A stretch of DNA of 64,000 nucleotides from Paraphysomonas bandaiensis (GCA_965644295.1 CBFFRP010000292.1:1-64000); one strand, 5' to 3'; positions 37,201 through 50,750 are shown, counted from the stretch's first letter. Numbers and translations: made by a program. Notes: generated from the sequence alone by a model not told the origin.

Positions 37201-38165
37201 GATTCTTGTACATTGATCCCGGTTTTCGATGCCGCCTAGCAAAGGCCTCTGAGAGTAATATAGATGCTTTGAATTGGGTTGAGGTGGTGGAGAATAGAAT
37301 ATGCTTCGGATTCGATATAACGAAAGTGATGTAAGTAGAGTTTTGTATACGATGGACTATGCCTAAGTAGACAAAGTTTTGTACGTTTAGTATATTGCTA
37401 TGTGTATTTTGATTAATGCCTATTATATAGTTCATGATATTAATTTAACAATGTACACGATATAGGTTTTGCTCTGGTAATGTTACTGAGCGAATGCGAA
37501 TGGCTTCTTGGAAGAACCCTTTAAATCCAACCCTTGAAACTATCGTGGATCTCTACTGCGGAATCGGATACTATACTGTCCCATTTCTTGTTCATGCTGG
37601 TGTTGCAACTGTTCATGCATGTGAGTGGAATCCAAACTCTGTGACTGCCTTGAAGTGCAATTTGCGGAAAGCGAATGTGTCTACCTATGAAAGTATTGAT
37701 GAAGAAATTGTCTCTGTTTATGAGAGTCAGCCGTCTGACACAAAGTCGAAACTGATAGTGAAGCCGAAGTGCATCGTTCACCTTGGAGATAACAACATTG
37801 CCGCCCGATGCCGTGGCCCGCTGGCCCACATTGCGGATCGTGTGTGTTTAGGCCTTTTACCATCCTCTGTGGCTGGATGGCCTTTAGCAGTGAATGTTCT
37901 CAAGAGAAGTGGTGGAGTGCTGCATGTGCACGAGAATGTGCATGAAAATATATTGGAAGAATGGGTACATCAGACGTGCCGTGACTTCGAGGCACATTTT
38001 TTAAAATATGACGAATCTGTAGAAGCTATAGATGAGGTTAAAGGGGAGAGCGGAACGATGAAAGTGGAATGTTTACATTTAGAACGTGTGAAATCGTTTG
38101 CTCCTAGAGTGTTTCATGTTGTTGCGGATCTGCTCTGCACAAGGAACACCAATATTGGAACATGA
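34239..38165 (+). CDS. TYW2/3/4: tRNA wybutosine-synthesising protein fusion TYW3-Kelch-TYW2; intron 37331-37465
   Basis: TYW3: DWSPKGSID..VTLSSCSGRI, GYRESGI. Kelch repeats: RWGHT, RFGHT. TYW2: ENRICFGFDITKVM/FCSGNVTERMRM, VDLYCGIGYYT, CEWNP, ADRVCLGLLPSS, VKSFAPRVFHVVAD. Confidence 0.92.
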
Positions 38166-38453
38166 TTCGTGATGTTATGAGCATGAGTAATTTTGTATTG
38201 TTTTCTTGCACATATATACTATTAGTACCTTCGTTAGTTAATCGTTACGTAAATTTGGCACATTAAAGTCGTTTGAATGTTATGTTTGCATTTCCAGAAC
38301 GACTTAGAAAAGACACATACATATATTCTTATTCCCTTTGGTATCATAAAAACTGTTCTTTGACCTGAATTTGGCTCAACAGAATGCCCATAACAGACAA
38401 CTTCAATTATATTCGGTTCAACAAAAACTCACTTCTATCTAAATTATTAGTAG

Positions 38454-39660
38454 CAGGGCTGTGTAACAATTAATTAAATTGAAATTATTACTTATAGCTC
38501 ATGCAATTATAATAGTGAATGTCTGATTATTTAGCAATAGGCGTTGAGACCTTGCATCAATTAGTGGCTAGAAGAATGCTAGTCATACTAGTTAGACCAC
38601 TACCCGTAACTAATCAATACAAACTCTTTTATCCTACTATTTAACGCTACGAAAGCTGCTTGTGCGTCGCCGCAAGCACCAAGGTGCAACCACTTCCGTT
38701 CATGCAATTATAATATTATCCCCATTTTGTCTCAAAAAAAGCTTTTTTTTGACCTGATTTTGACTCAACAGGGCGCTCATATCAGCACCGGGCAAATAGA
38801 GACATTCAACTTCAATATTCGGTTCAACAGAAGCTCACTTCTATCTTCATTATGATAATGACAGTCATATGTACGTGATTTCATTATAGTACACAATTAT
38901 AGAGAAACCACAAACATGAGCCAAATATCAAGAGCAGATCATCTAACTCCAAGTTATATTCCGTCCTTCGACTGCTGTAGAAGTTCATAATGAGGTCAGT
39001 GCAAGTGATCTGTCTTCATATCCAGGACTTCGAAACAACTTCAAAAATATTACTGGAGAGTTTAAGTACCATATCTGATGCTATATAGGTGGTTAGGAGC
39101 AGTGGCACCCAGTTGTGTCAGGGTTGGAGCCATATCGTGCTTCTCAGGATATTGTGTGTCTCATATCATACACACATCTTTCGATCAGGTGCACTTGCAG
39201 AGGTAAAGCCTGCTGTATATAAATGTGATGATGATGCTAATTAAGGCAATAAGAAGCCTCTCTCTCACCTTCAACTGTTTACATTTATCATCACACTTAC
39301 AGTATACATATCATTGATTTGAAACTATAAGAGTTCTCATTTGTGTTATTAATGTTAATCAAGGAACATCTATTTCTTAATACAGCAAGCATGCTACAAA
39401 TAGATATACAATGTAATATTAACTTTTCAACGTCATGAGGATAAGCTACAATTTAACCTAGGGATAAGGAGTATCGTCCCTTGCCTAAATTTTAAAACTC
39501 GGGCTTTTCGCCCTCGTTTCAAAATTTTGAGCGCGGGACGATATAGCCTCCTTATTGCCCGTGGTTAAATATAACTATATAATTGCAATTATTATGATAT
39601 ATTGTTTATATTCCATGCCATTTAATTATTGCAACTTCAGTTAATTGTTACGCAGCCCTG
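38454..39660. mobile_element. Complete non-autonomous hAT element (1207 bp) with 8-bp TSD ATTAGTAG
   Basis: TIRs CAGGGCTGTGTAACAATTAA / TTAATTGTTACGCAGCCCTG; ATTAGTAG at 38446-38453 and 39661-39668. Confidence 0.9.
39451..39570. mobile_element. 120-bp palindromic MITE-like element nested in the hAT
   Basis: ATTTAACC..GGGATAAGGAG.TATCGTCCC ... GGGACGATA..CTCCTTATTGCCC..GGTTAAAT, with a central CTCGGGCTTTTCGCCCTCG hairpin. Confidence 0.7.
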
Positions 39661-39664
39661 ATTA

Positions 39665-40680
39665 GTAGTGAATGTCTTATTTTTAGCAATAGTCGTGTAC
39701 GAGTCAGAACAATTTAACTAGCCAGTGCTTAACTCTGATATCCTACTGTTTGGCACTACGAAAGCTGCTTGTGCGTCACCGAAATCACCTAGATGCAACC
39801 ACTTTATCTCTGTTCTTAATATGTGAACAGCCCGGAAGCTTGACTTCAATAGGCAGCTCAATACCCCGGATGTTCTTGAGGTGGGCCCATTCCTGGATGT
39901 ATGTTTCTTCGTCAAGGCCCAGTCTATTTACAAGTGACACTAATTAGTATCCCATATTATTCCACACACCAAGCATTTGGCTATATGAGTGGGAACAAAA
40001 ATTTCTGCTGACTATATATATGTGACTCACTTTAGTTTCCCGGAGAAATATTGCCGGACTTAACTCCCAGAACATCACGAAAAGGTGCAAGTCCGACTTT
40101 GTTGAGGGTGATATTCTATTATTTAACGCTACGAAAGCTGCTCGTGCGTCACCGCGAGCACCAAAGTGCAACCATTTTTGCTCTATCACTCAAAAAGCAA
40201 ACAGTGATCAAGAGCAGAATGTTGATAAACCTGATATCTGCTAACTTCAGGAGTTTTAAGTCTTTAAAGTGAACAGCCCGGATGCTTGACTTCAGCAGGC
40301 AGCCCAATACCCCGGATGACCTTGATGTGTGCCTATTCTCGGGAAACCACAATTATGGCACCACTTTCAAAAGCAAACCGTCAAACACTCCATGTTTTAT
40401 TTTATCCATTTCGTCAGATGTAGAAGATCATAATAAGTGCCAGTGCAAGTAAGCTAATATATAGTATATAGTATCGTCGTATAACCAGACTTCGAAATAA
40501 CTTCAAGAGTACTACTGGAAAGTTCAAATATCAGTGGCACCCAGTGCTTTCAGGGTCACGTCTTTTATATCAGGATTATATGCCTTATATCATATCATAC
40601 GCACAGCATTCGAGTTAGTTGCACTACTTAGCAGGACTTGAAAGCGTGGTGTTCATCGTGATGATGCTAAAGGGTCAAGG
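39665..40680 (+). repeat. Cluster of diverged R1-family repeats
   Basis: GAAAGCTGCTTGTGCGTC core at ~39760 and ~40132. GTGAACAGCCCGGA.GCTTGACTTCA is duplicated. 40420-40670 resembles 38975-39240. Confidence 0.75.
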
Positions 40681-40978
40681 ATGATATATTATTTAGTTAG
40701 AAATATGCATGCATCCGGCTACACGTATCGTATTCTACAACAACCACCAATAATGTCAAACAGATCATAAAAGGTACTGTGCAGGAATTAAATGACACAA
40801 CAGTTAATGAAAAACGCTAACGCAACATCAATTTCATTCGTTGTTCAAATGGTATGTCTAAATGAAAACTACAAGTTGCTGCCAGATGGATGTAGAAGCA
40901 AACCGACAGTTGGTCAGAGAGTTCCAGTAAAATACTTAACCAATACACTTAAACCAAATATTTCACAGAATGTATACC

Positions 40979-43500
40979 TTAATCGATATCTACTTGAATG
41001 GATATGGATCCCACGTTCGCTTCATACACATCGACGCTATATATCCTCCTATTATCTTCTGACTCCACTACACTTGTACCACATGAAATGCCTAAACAGT
41101 GCGTGAAGAACTCTTCTTTCGAAGTAAATTGTCTATGATCTCCGACAGTGCAAAGCCAAACGTGTTTCTTACGGCTGCAATTCAAACGCTATATATAGTG
41201 AATTAGCACCGATATAAGATAGATGACTACGTAGCAATACAGATACGTCATGTGGACCAATCTACCCAACAAAATAGATGCCAAGAAAACGCAATTTAGG
41301 ACACCCGTACCGGGCAAACATATTCCTCGTCGCCTTTGAAAAGCTATAGGCAGCAATCAATTAAGAACACGAAAACAAATATATCTTGTCTCAAAATAGA
41401 TAACAATGTGTGTTTAGGTTATATAACTTTAGTACAATATACCTGCATAGTAGCGTCCTCCTTTGCAGATACATCGAAGGATGTTTCTGACGTGCAATAA
41501 ATACCTACATAGTTGCCATTGCGACAACCAACAAACCAAGTACCGGGAGGAAACTGGGTACGCGTAGAGCTTTCTTCACTTGCAACTTTCCAGTGAAACA
41601 TGCCACCAAGAAAACCAGTTTTTTTCTGCTCGATATCCACATTGGGATTAATAACTTGCCAGTCAGAAGAAGAAATCAAATTTGACGCCGATAAATGTCC
41701 GAGAAGTCTGTATTCTATATCGAAATACTTTGATGGCCAAAACATATGCGTGGTATTGTCTATAAAAGCACGAGTAGCTGAATTGCGCTGGAACTTGGGC
41801 CTAAAAATATGCACAATCATTCTCACATAGACTCCATACGATCTAAATCATTAATGTATACACCTCACCGTAGAAACATAGTTCCCACTCCAGAACACAC
41901 AATCATCATACAATGCGGAAAAACGTACACAATGTAACCTACATGACGTATGCACACACTAATATGTTTCCATTTTGCGACACAGCTGGACAGTACGAAT
42001 TCAGGCAATTTGCCCCTAGTCCACCACCCGATTGAGCCCAAAGAGGGATTCCATCTAAATTTATCATCCATGGATTCTGTTGATACGACTGCAACCCGAC
42101 ATTGTACAGTTCAAATGATGTGATCAGTACATCACGTGAAGGCGTCCTATACACATTGAGAGTGATTCCGGAATAGTTTTGACCAGCGCTGTAGTGATCG
42201 TAATATTTCATCGTTCCTTTGGCTAAAATAGAAAAATATGACATGAATTAAATTTCTACACACACTGCAATACATAAACCCAACAAAGTACATTTTAGAA
42301 AACGATAGAACTCCAGTTATTCAACATGCATTTCATATAGCTTGAACGTGCCGAGCTTGCTTACCGATCGACGTCGGTAAATAGCCCAGCATTTTTATTC
42401 CTGGGTTTCTAGAGAGGTCATAGCGTTCTTGATATGCTTTAGTATCGCCAATATAATCTGGATGTGTTATCAACCCCGCTGACCTGCATAACAGACATGA
42501 CTACATGATATCGGTCACTTTGCAACATGCGCGAGCATATCAATGAAAACGCTAAGTATACACCCCTATTATATACATACCAAATAAATGGTACTCTTTC
42601 TTCAGCTTCGATTGATTCATATATGCGATGTATATCGGCAGTGCTATGGTTCATATTTTGCCTATGAAACCCGGCGAAGTGAAACGCTTCAACACAAGTG
42701 CTCGAAGGCACCCATTTTGAAGTCAATAAAAAGTCAGTAACAGCACTTGGCTTATCCTCATCTGGTGATACTCCAGTAATTAAGCGAACCAACTGGTTTA
42801 CGTTGTGTCCCCAACATCTCAACCGTGTATGCATGTACTGTCGAGCTGATGCAGTGTATGTACATACTCCACTAGCATTTGTACCTAACAATATTTGTGT
42901 CACCAGTTTCTCAAGTAAATTACCTGCATAATATACTATAGTTTCATTTGTAGAAAAATCATAAAGATTTAACAACGCTGAAAATGTATATGGAAGATAT
43001 GTATGTGATAGTACTTCGTAGAACCCTTCAAACGTATGATGGGCTTGTAAGTATCCCATTAACAGTCTCTCTTCTTTCTCTCCAACTAAACATGATCTAT
43101 TTTTTTCTTTAGCTCTTTGATAGTATAATACAGCAGATGATAAATACATAAATATATGATTCTCTGACCAGAAGATAACATGCTTAAGTGAATCATATCG
43201 TGGATCTGGATGACCAGGCCAGAATGGAAAGTCTTTTAATACATCATCAATTTGATTTTGATAGAATTCAAGTTTACTTGATTTAAAATATAAAAAACGT
43301 ATAAGTGTAATAAGAATAAAATCTGATTTATGTTTTCTTTTATGTATGTGTGATATGTGCTTGTTCAGTATAGTCTCATTCACTATATGAGAGTGTTGAG
43401 CTTGTGTTAGGAATATATGCTTAGCTGAGAAAGTGAGAGAATTTGATTCGTCGAGGAAAGTATGAATCAATTCGCGTACTCTATCTTCATAAGCTGACAT
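40979..43500 (-). CDS. Hypothetical WSENH-motif protein, bacterial-type (possibly heparinase II/III-like fold); multi-exon
   Basis: FWSENHIFMY..FYEVLSHTYLPYTFSALLNLYDFS; YRTP..SYQQNPWMINL; PAVSQNGN; THMFWP..FD; WFVGCRNGNYVGI; WLCTVGD..F. Segments are joined by plausible GT-AG introns. Confidence 0.65.
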
Positions 43501-43559
43501 GATGATCTATAGATAAGATCGACCTCTTGGGAACTTTAACCACACAGCCAGGATACTAT

Positions 43560-44390
43560 ATATACCTACCTACCTACCTACAGTACATACATACAGTACA
43601 TACATACATACATACATACATACACACAGTACATACATACAGTACATACATACAGTACATACATGTACATACAGTACATACACACAGTACATACATACAG
43701 TACATACATACATACATACATACATACATACAGTACATACATACATACATACATACATACATACATACATACATACATACATACATACATACATACATAC
43801 ATACATACATACATACATACATACATACATACATACATACATACATACATACATACATACATACATACATACATACATACATACATACATACATACATAC
43901 ATACATACATACATACATACATACATACATACATACATACATACATACATACATACATACATACATACATACATACATACATACATACATACATACATAC
44001 ATACATACATACATACATACATACATACATACATACATACATACATACATACATACATACATACATACATACATACATACATACATACATACATACATAC
44101 ATACATACATACATACATACATACATACATACATACATACATACATACATACATACATACCTACCTACAGTACATACATACAGTACATATCTGGATATAT
44201 ACATACATACATACATACATACATACATACATACATACATACATACATACATACATACATACATACATACATACATACATACATACATACATACATACAT
44301 ACATACATACATACATACATACATACATACATACATACATACATACATACATACATACATACATACATACATACATACATACATACATGC
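43560..44390 (+). repeat. (TACA)n microsatellite between divergent genes
   Basis: About 830 bp, with TACAGTACA variants at the left edge. Confidence 0.98.
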
Positions 44391-44408
44391 ATATATCATG
44401 CAACAACT

Positions 44409-45297
44409 ATGGCGGTTAAGCATCTCATTGCGTGGGTGCATCGTTAGTACCCATAATGCTTTCTATCCACAACTGTCTGCAAATGTGTCGCTCTTCGTGC
44501 TCTATATTAAAGAGGTCACATCTCTTGTATAGGAGTTATGGCTTTCTGTACACGGGACGTACCCGCCCTCATATGTGTTCCCGTGCTATCAATATTCATG
44601 CTCCACATCGTCATGAATCTAGAAATTTTAGTGCAAATGTCGATAGTGATATATCGGCACCAGACTACTTTGATGACGAGAATAGCGATATGATATGTAA
44701 ATTACTAACAGGCTTATTTGGCTCAAATTTCATGGTACGTAGTTTATTATGCTGCAATGCGAGGCAATGTATGCTAATATCTACCTATAGATGTGGAATT
44801 GTGTGGCAATTAGTACAGTGAGTGGGTATACGAATTTATTTGGACTGGTTGACACGACTGGATATTATTATTGGATCCCTTTCGGAGGGACCGCCATATC
44901 TGGTATACTTGCTAGTTTCGGATATTTGTTTTCCACGCACTGTGTCCATCGTTGCTATGTAAATAAACCGGCTAAACGCGTTGGCTTTGAGTTGTGTAAT
45001 ATGTTTGGATATAAGGGCCATTCTGTTGAAGTGCCCATTGGAACGTTAGTGTTATGTGATAATGAATCTTTCAGCAGTATTTTACCTGTCAAGTCGCTGA
45101 ATATGACTATTATAGATGTTAAGAGTTGGAATAAAAGAGTTATTATCTGCGACAGGAAGAAACTAATGAGGAATTCTAAGCTATTGGAGGTGCTTAAAAG
45201 GACAGAATGTGTTTTGGATTCGCCTTCTGCAAGTGCTAAAGGACGTACGCACAAATCAACTGCACGTCATCGACGGGGGTATAAGAATGTTGCATAA
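44409..45297 (+). CDS. Small membrane protein, possibly mitochondrial (TMEM70/186/223-like); 3 exons
   Basis: In-frame splicing MAVKHLIA/SYGF..FM/MWNC, a basic presequence-like N-terminus and two hydrophobic segments. Family assignment is weak. Confidence 0.5.
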
Positions 45298-45528
45298 ATG
45301 TTTTCAGGGAAAGTGAATTATTAAATTAATGCCAACGTAAATTATGACAGTTGCGCAAATGTGTGATTCTTTAAGATCGATTCCTTGGAGCATACATGCA
45401 TACATTGAGAGAACTAATTATTGACAAGTGATAGTAGTTGCTTCATGCCAGCCTATACATACATGATTCTTATATACATAATAACCATATATTCCTAGTC
45501 TACATTTTCTTGGTGTCTGTCAGCTACA

Positions 45529-45900
45529 ATACATACATACATACATACATACATACATACATACATACATACATACATACATACATACATACATACATAC
45601 ATACATACATACATACATACATACATACATACATACATACATACATACATACATACATACATACATACATACATACATACATACATACATACATACATAC
45701 ATACATACATACATACATACATACATACATACATACATACATACATACATACATACATACATACATACATACATACATACATACATACATACATACATAC
45801 ATACATACATACATACATACATACATACATACATACATACATACATACATACATACATACATACATACATACATACATACATACATACATACATGCATAC
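45529..45900 (+). repeat. (TACA)n microsatellite
   Basis: About 370 bp of near-perfect repeat. Confidence 0.98.
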
Positions 45901-45908
45901 GACGTACC

Positions 45909-46199
45909 CGCAGAGAAAAAACACGGTACTCGGTCGGAAGTCACGGATACTACAGATCAATAAACGGACGGAATACCCCCGTTGCCTTTTTACACAGTCT
46001 ACACTACAGGTAGCCAAAAGCAAGGTTCTCTTTGCAGTTACTACAGAACTCGTTAGTAAGAGAAAATTATGCTTCTAGTCTACAGCCGTACACAAAACAC
46101 TGCATAACATAACACCATACACCTCTATGTGCTCTATGCATATCTTATACAGTCACTTCAAGTACTAAACTGAAAAGAACATCCTCTTATTTCTCTACG
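45909..46199 (+). mobile_element. 291-bp MITE with 10-bp TIR and 5-bp TSD GTACC
   Basis: GTACC-CGCAGAGAAA ... TTTCTCTACG-GTACC (TSD at 45904-45908 and 46200-46204). Confidence 0.8.
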
Positions 46200-46399
46200 G
46201 TACCTATGTACATAATACGTACGTAGTACCGGTACATGTAAAGAGGTGCTGTATGATTCTTCGAGAATGATCTTTCTTTGGTGTGGTGTTCTGGTGGTAG
46301 AAAAACATGTCGATTGATTGTAGATCTTGATTGTTTATTTATGTTATTCTGAGTGACTCGTATGTTTAGATATATATTTTCTTAAATTATTTCTGTAGT

Positions 46400-49300
46400 A
46401 TGCCGGACATCTCAACAATCGAGAGAATGGTGGATGGCATCAGCGATGTGATGCACCAGAGAGGTACAGTGTTCAGGTGTCCCGTGCGGCTCATCTTATG
46501 TGTATGTCTATGTGTCACATAGGATTAGCGCGTCAGTACTCGGAATCATGCGGTGAAAGGTGCTGGACGTTATGATGGTCTCTATGTATTCTGACTGTAT
46601 ATTTTATAGTCTGGAGAAGTTGAAAGAAGAGACGAGGCTTTACATTGTGAAACTAGTTAATGAGAGCTCAGACAGCCAAACGCTTGAGCGGGCTCATGAC
46701 GTCATGCAAAAGATTTCTAGACTTCAAATGTCGTATCAGTCTAATGTAGCTCCTCCTGAACTCGAAAGGAGGTTATCAGTAGAAAAAGAAGGCGCCAAGG
46801 ACATGTATATTGAGCAAGTTTCACAAGACAGTGAATGTCCTATGGAGGTGGACGAAGATATTTCACAAGTTTCTACTACTTCTACTTATTCTTGGGGAAG
46901 AAGTGATCTAGGTGCACTTCTTCACTCAGACCTTTCTCCGCATCAGGATATTAAACCTGTCGACTTTGTGAGCCGACGAGATGTGTTGCAAGTATCATCT
47001 AACTTCGGACACACCGCAGTTGTAACCACAACCGGAGAGCTCTATTTATGTGGGTAAGTATTGGTGTGCTATTTAAAACTATTGTGAAACTTTGTTATGG
47101 TTTATGCAGGAGTAACGAGGAGGGTCAAGTAACAGGCTCCCCATCGACATCTGATTCTGACGGCGTGATAGCCCGTCCGCGGCAGATGGAGTACTTCCTT
47201 AACCACCGCATTTGCGCAGTTGCATGTGGGTCTTATCACACAATATGTGTGAATTCAGCCGGAGTTGCGTTTGCATTTGGAAGTAATGAGTTTGGGCAGC
47301 TAGGACATGGATCAGTTGGTAGAGTTGGGGTGCAGGGTCCCAGGCCGGTGGAGGGCTTATCTTCAAAAGTAATCACCACTGTCGCTTGTGGAGATCTATT
47401 TTCCCTTTTTCTTGCGGCTTCCGGAGAAGTATTCTCATGTGGGGAGAATGAATGTATCGGTCATGCAGAGGGAAGTCCAAAGAAGTCATCCTCCACTGCA
47501 AGGGCGGAGAGAGTGGAAGGCCTACTGGGAGGAAGTTTTGTTGTATCCATAGCTGCTGGATCTCGACACAGCATGGCACTAACTGCCACAGGGGAAATAT
47601 ATGGGTGGGGGAACAATAAACACGGAGAGTTGGGAGTATCTTCTGCAGATGGTGAGGATTTCGGGCACCTTTACACGCCCAACATGATACCTCTGCCTTT
47701 TGGATGCGGTGCTGTAGCTGGGATGAGTGCAGGAGAGAGACATTCTCTCCTGTGGACAGACACCGGTGTTCTGTTGGGGTGTGGGTCGAACAAGCACAGC
47801 CAGTTAGGTTGTAATACTGCACTTTGTCTTCCAGCTGTAGAAAACGTAGGCCTCGGGATGTTCGTCAAGCACGCTGCCTGTGGAAGCAACCACTCTGTCG
47901 TACTTTGTATCGAAAGCATGAATCAGTCCTCGCACACTACAGTAATTACCTTCGGTCAAAACAATTTCCGGCAATGTGGTGTGGACGAATCACAGCATCC
48001 GATTTGCCGTTCTCCCGTAACAGTCACTTGTCTCACTCGAACTGGTGTCGTAGTAGTGGCGGCAGGTGGATGTCAGTCTTTTGCAGTTGCAGTTCCGGGT
48101 GGAACCAGTGAGGATGCAACAGATTTGCTGGTGCGGCAGTTTTCCACTGTGTCCAGTCGGGCACCTAAGCCCATTGACGTCCCATCTCTGCTTCACGTGG
48201 TTTCTCAGGGTGGAGATATAATGGCCTCAGTAGCTCCAGTCTTCTCCTCAGCTTCTCTTTTAGGAGCCAGTTTCTTACACACCACGATGCCACTTTCGCT
48301 AGATATTTTGGGATTGGAAAACAGTTATAATGCTCTTATTAAAACGGGAGGTACAGGTGTATCCTCAAAACTTTTGTCATCACTTGAGGCCTGTCTAGCA
48401 GATCTAGAAGTGGTGATGTCGCACGAATCTGGTGGATCAGTTGACTCCGATTGTAGTGGTGGTAGTACATGTGGAGCAGTGGGGGTTGCTCGGGCGCTGC
48501 TTATGATCCTTCAGTGTCCATTACTGGGGTCTGTGTCCACTGGGTCCAAGGCAATTGAACTTGTATCCAAGCTTTGTATTCTCATTAGTCGGCTATCTAA
48601 AAGCAACAAGGAGCTACTAGTTGAGGCTACTCGCGCGTATCCCGCTCATATATTCCGCTCCCGTTTATTAGCCCCATTACAGGATCACCTCACCCACCAC
48701 TTGTCGATAGACTTCGGTAGGGGACGGGCGGTGCCAGCCATATGTGCTGTTCTAAAAGTACTTCACGATGGTAACGAAAGAGGAACTAGAGTTGTTCCAT
48801 ATGAAGCTTTCTACAATGATGGCGTGAATAAGAATATTCCCCCACATGCTATGATAAACGACTATCATGAGTGGAAGGCCTTTCTTAGAGAATCCTCCAA
48901 GGGCGGTACGTCGACACGAGCAGCAGTATCGAACCGGTTTTTCTTCAGTGCCCACAGTTTCCTTATATCCGTTTCAGTAAAGCGCTCATTGCTGCTGATG
49001 GAGTCTGCTTTACAGCAACAGAATGCTCAACATCACTCCATAGCAATGGGAATAATGGGTGGAGGTGTTATCATGCCATATCTGACCCTGCTGGTAGACC
49101 GGTCTAACCTTCTTCAGTCCGCTATGACTCATATCGAGAATGTGTCGGATTATGATCTAAAGAAGCCACTAAAGGTAAGAATCTGTACCCCTTCTGTACT
49201 CTTGCAATATTTTACATTTTCATGCGTAACATAATTTCTCTATCTCGAAACGGGCAGGTGGTATTCATGAACGAGGAGGGCCTAGATGAGGGTGGCGTAC

Positions 49301-50332
49301 GGAAGGAATTTTTTCAACTTTTACTACGAGAGCTATTGGATCCGCGATTCGGTTTGTTCGTTCCAGTCTGTCAGGATCGTTTTTCCTGGATTAACAAAGC
49401 TTGTACTTGGAGTGATACCGAGTTCTCGCTTGTTGGTGTTATTGTTGCTCTTGCGGTTTATAATGACATTATTCTCGATCTACACATGCCACGAGTTATT
49501 TTCAAAAAGATTCTACATCGCTGTATGGAATCCGGAACAGCCACCAATGAATTGAAAGTTTCTCTCGATGACATTGCGGATTTAGATCCAGAGTTATATC
49601 GTGGGTTTAAGCAGCTATTGGATTATTCTCCCCCAGAGGACGTGGAGGGCATATTCTGTAGGTCTTTTGAAGTCACTTGGGAAGAGTTTGGAGTAACTAG
49701 GTGAGTTAATAGTTATCTTTTGTGCTTTGATTTTGACCGATATATGATAATGCTGTGCGTTTCGCTACAGACGAGTTGAGCTCATACCAAACGGGTCGAA
49801 TGTGGCAGTAAATGGTGCAAACAGACAACTATATGTTGAGAAATACCTCAAGTGGCTTCTGGTGGATAGTATTGCAGCTCAGTTTGACAGTTTTTACAGA
49901 GGGTTTACTCGTGTAATTCCACCGTCATCAATGTTTCTTTTCCGACCTGAGGAGTTGGAGCTACTAGTGTGTGGGGTGCCGCATCTGGACTTTTCAGAGT
50001 TGGAGAGCACTGCGGAATATGAAGGAGGTGGTACACAGAGCTGGAATAAAGACCACCCTACGATTAGAAACTTTTGGGAGGTAGTACACAATTTTTCACT
50101 GGAGCAGAAGCAAAAGTTCTTAATGTTCACCACGGGATCTGCCCGAGCTCCACTTGGAGGACTTGCTGCTCTAAAACTTAGAGTTCAGAGAATGGGGCCT
50201 GACTCAAAAATGCTTCCTACAGCTCACACATGTTTTAACACACTTCTTCTTCCAGACTATGACACTAAAGAAAATTTACGAGAAAAACTTTTACTTGCAA
50301 TGTATGAGACGGAAGGATTTGGGCTTAAGTGA
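46400..50332 (+). CDS. HERC-type E3 ubiquitin ligase (RCC1 repeats + HECT); multi-exon
   Basis: RCC1 repeats: VACGSYHT, FGSNEFGQLG, IAAGSRHS, WGNNKHGELG. HECT: LKKPLK/VVFMNEEGLDEGGVRKEFF, FRPEELELLVCG, LPTAHTCFNTLLLPDY, EGFGLK*. Confidence 0.93.
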
Positions 50333-50750
50333 AGGCTACTGGAGTGTAGTTTTGAGCACTTGAACGCACCTTCTCGTAATGTTTATCCTGATGATTGACA
50401 ACATATGTGTTTCAGCTTGATGAATGTAACATATTATATCAGTAGTGCCGTTACAGCACGATAACAGTTAGTAAAAGCCTTAATAGTGTGTTTCTATTCC
50501 ACTATTTTGAGTGTTAGTCGCCGTAATATAATATAAAATATTGTCGTAATTGTTATCATAGTACTGTATGGCACATAGATACAAGGAGTAAATAGTAATT
50601 ATAACTTCACGTAATATTACTGATACGCCACAGCATATCCACGTAATATTATTCAGAAATTGTCACAAATATATATATCATAATCGACGAATAAATATGC
50701 AACTATAGATTCATGAAACTCTATGTCCTTGTAGGAATTGACATGTGTTG

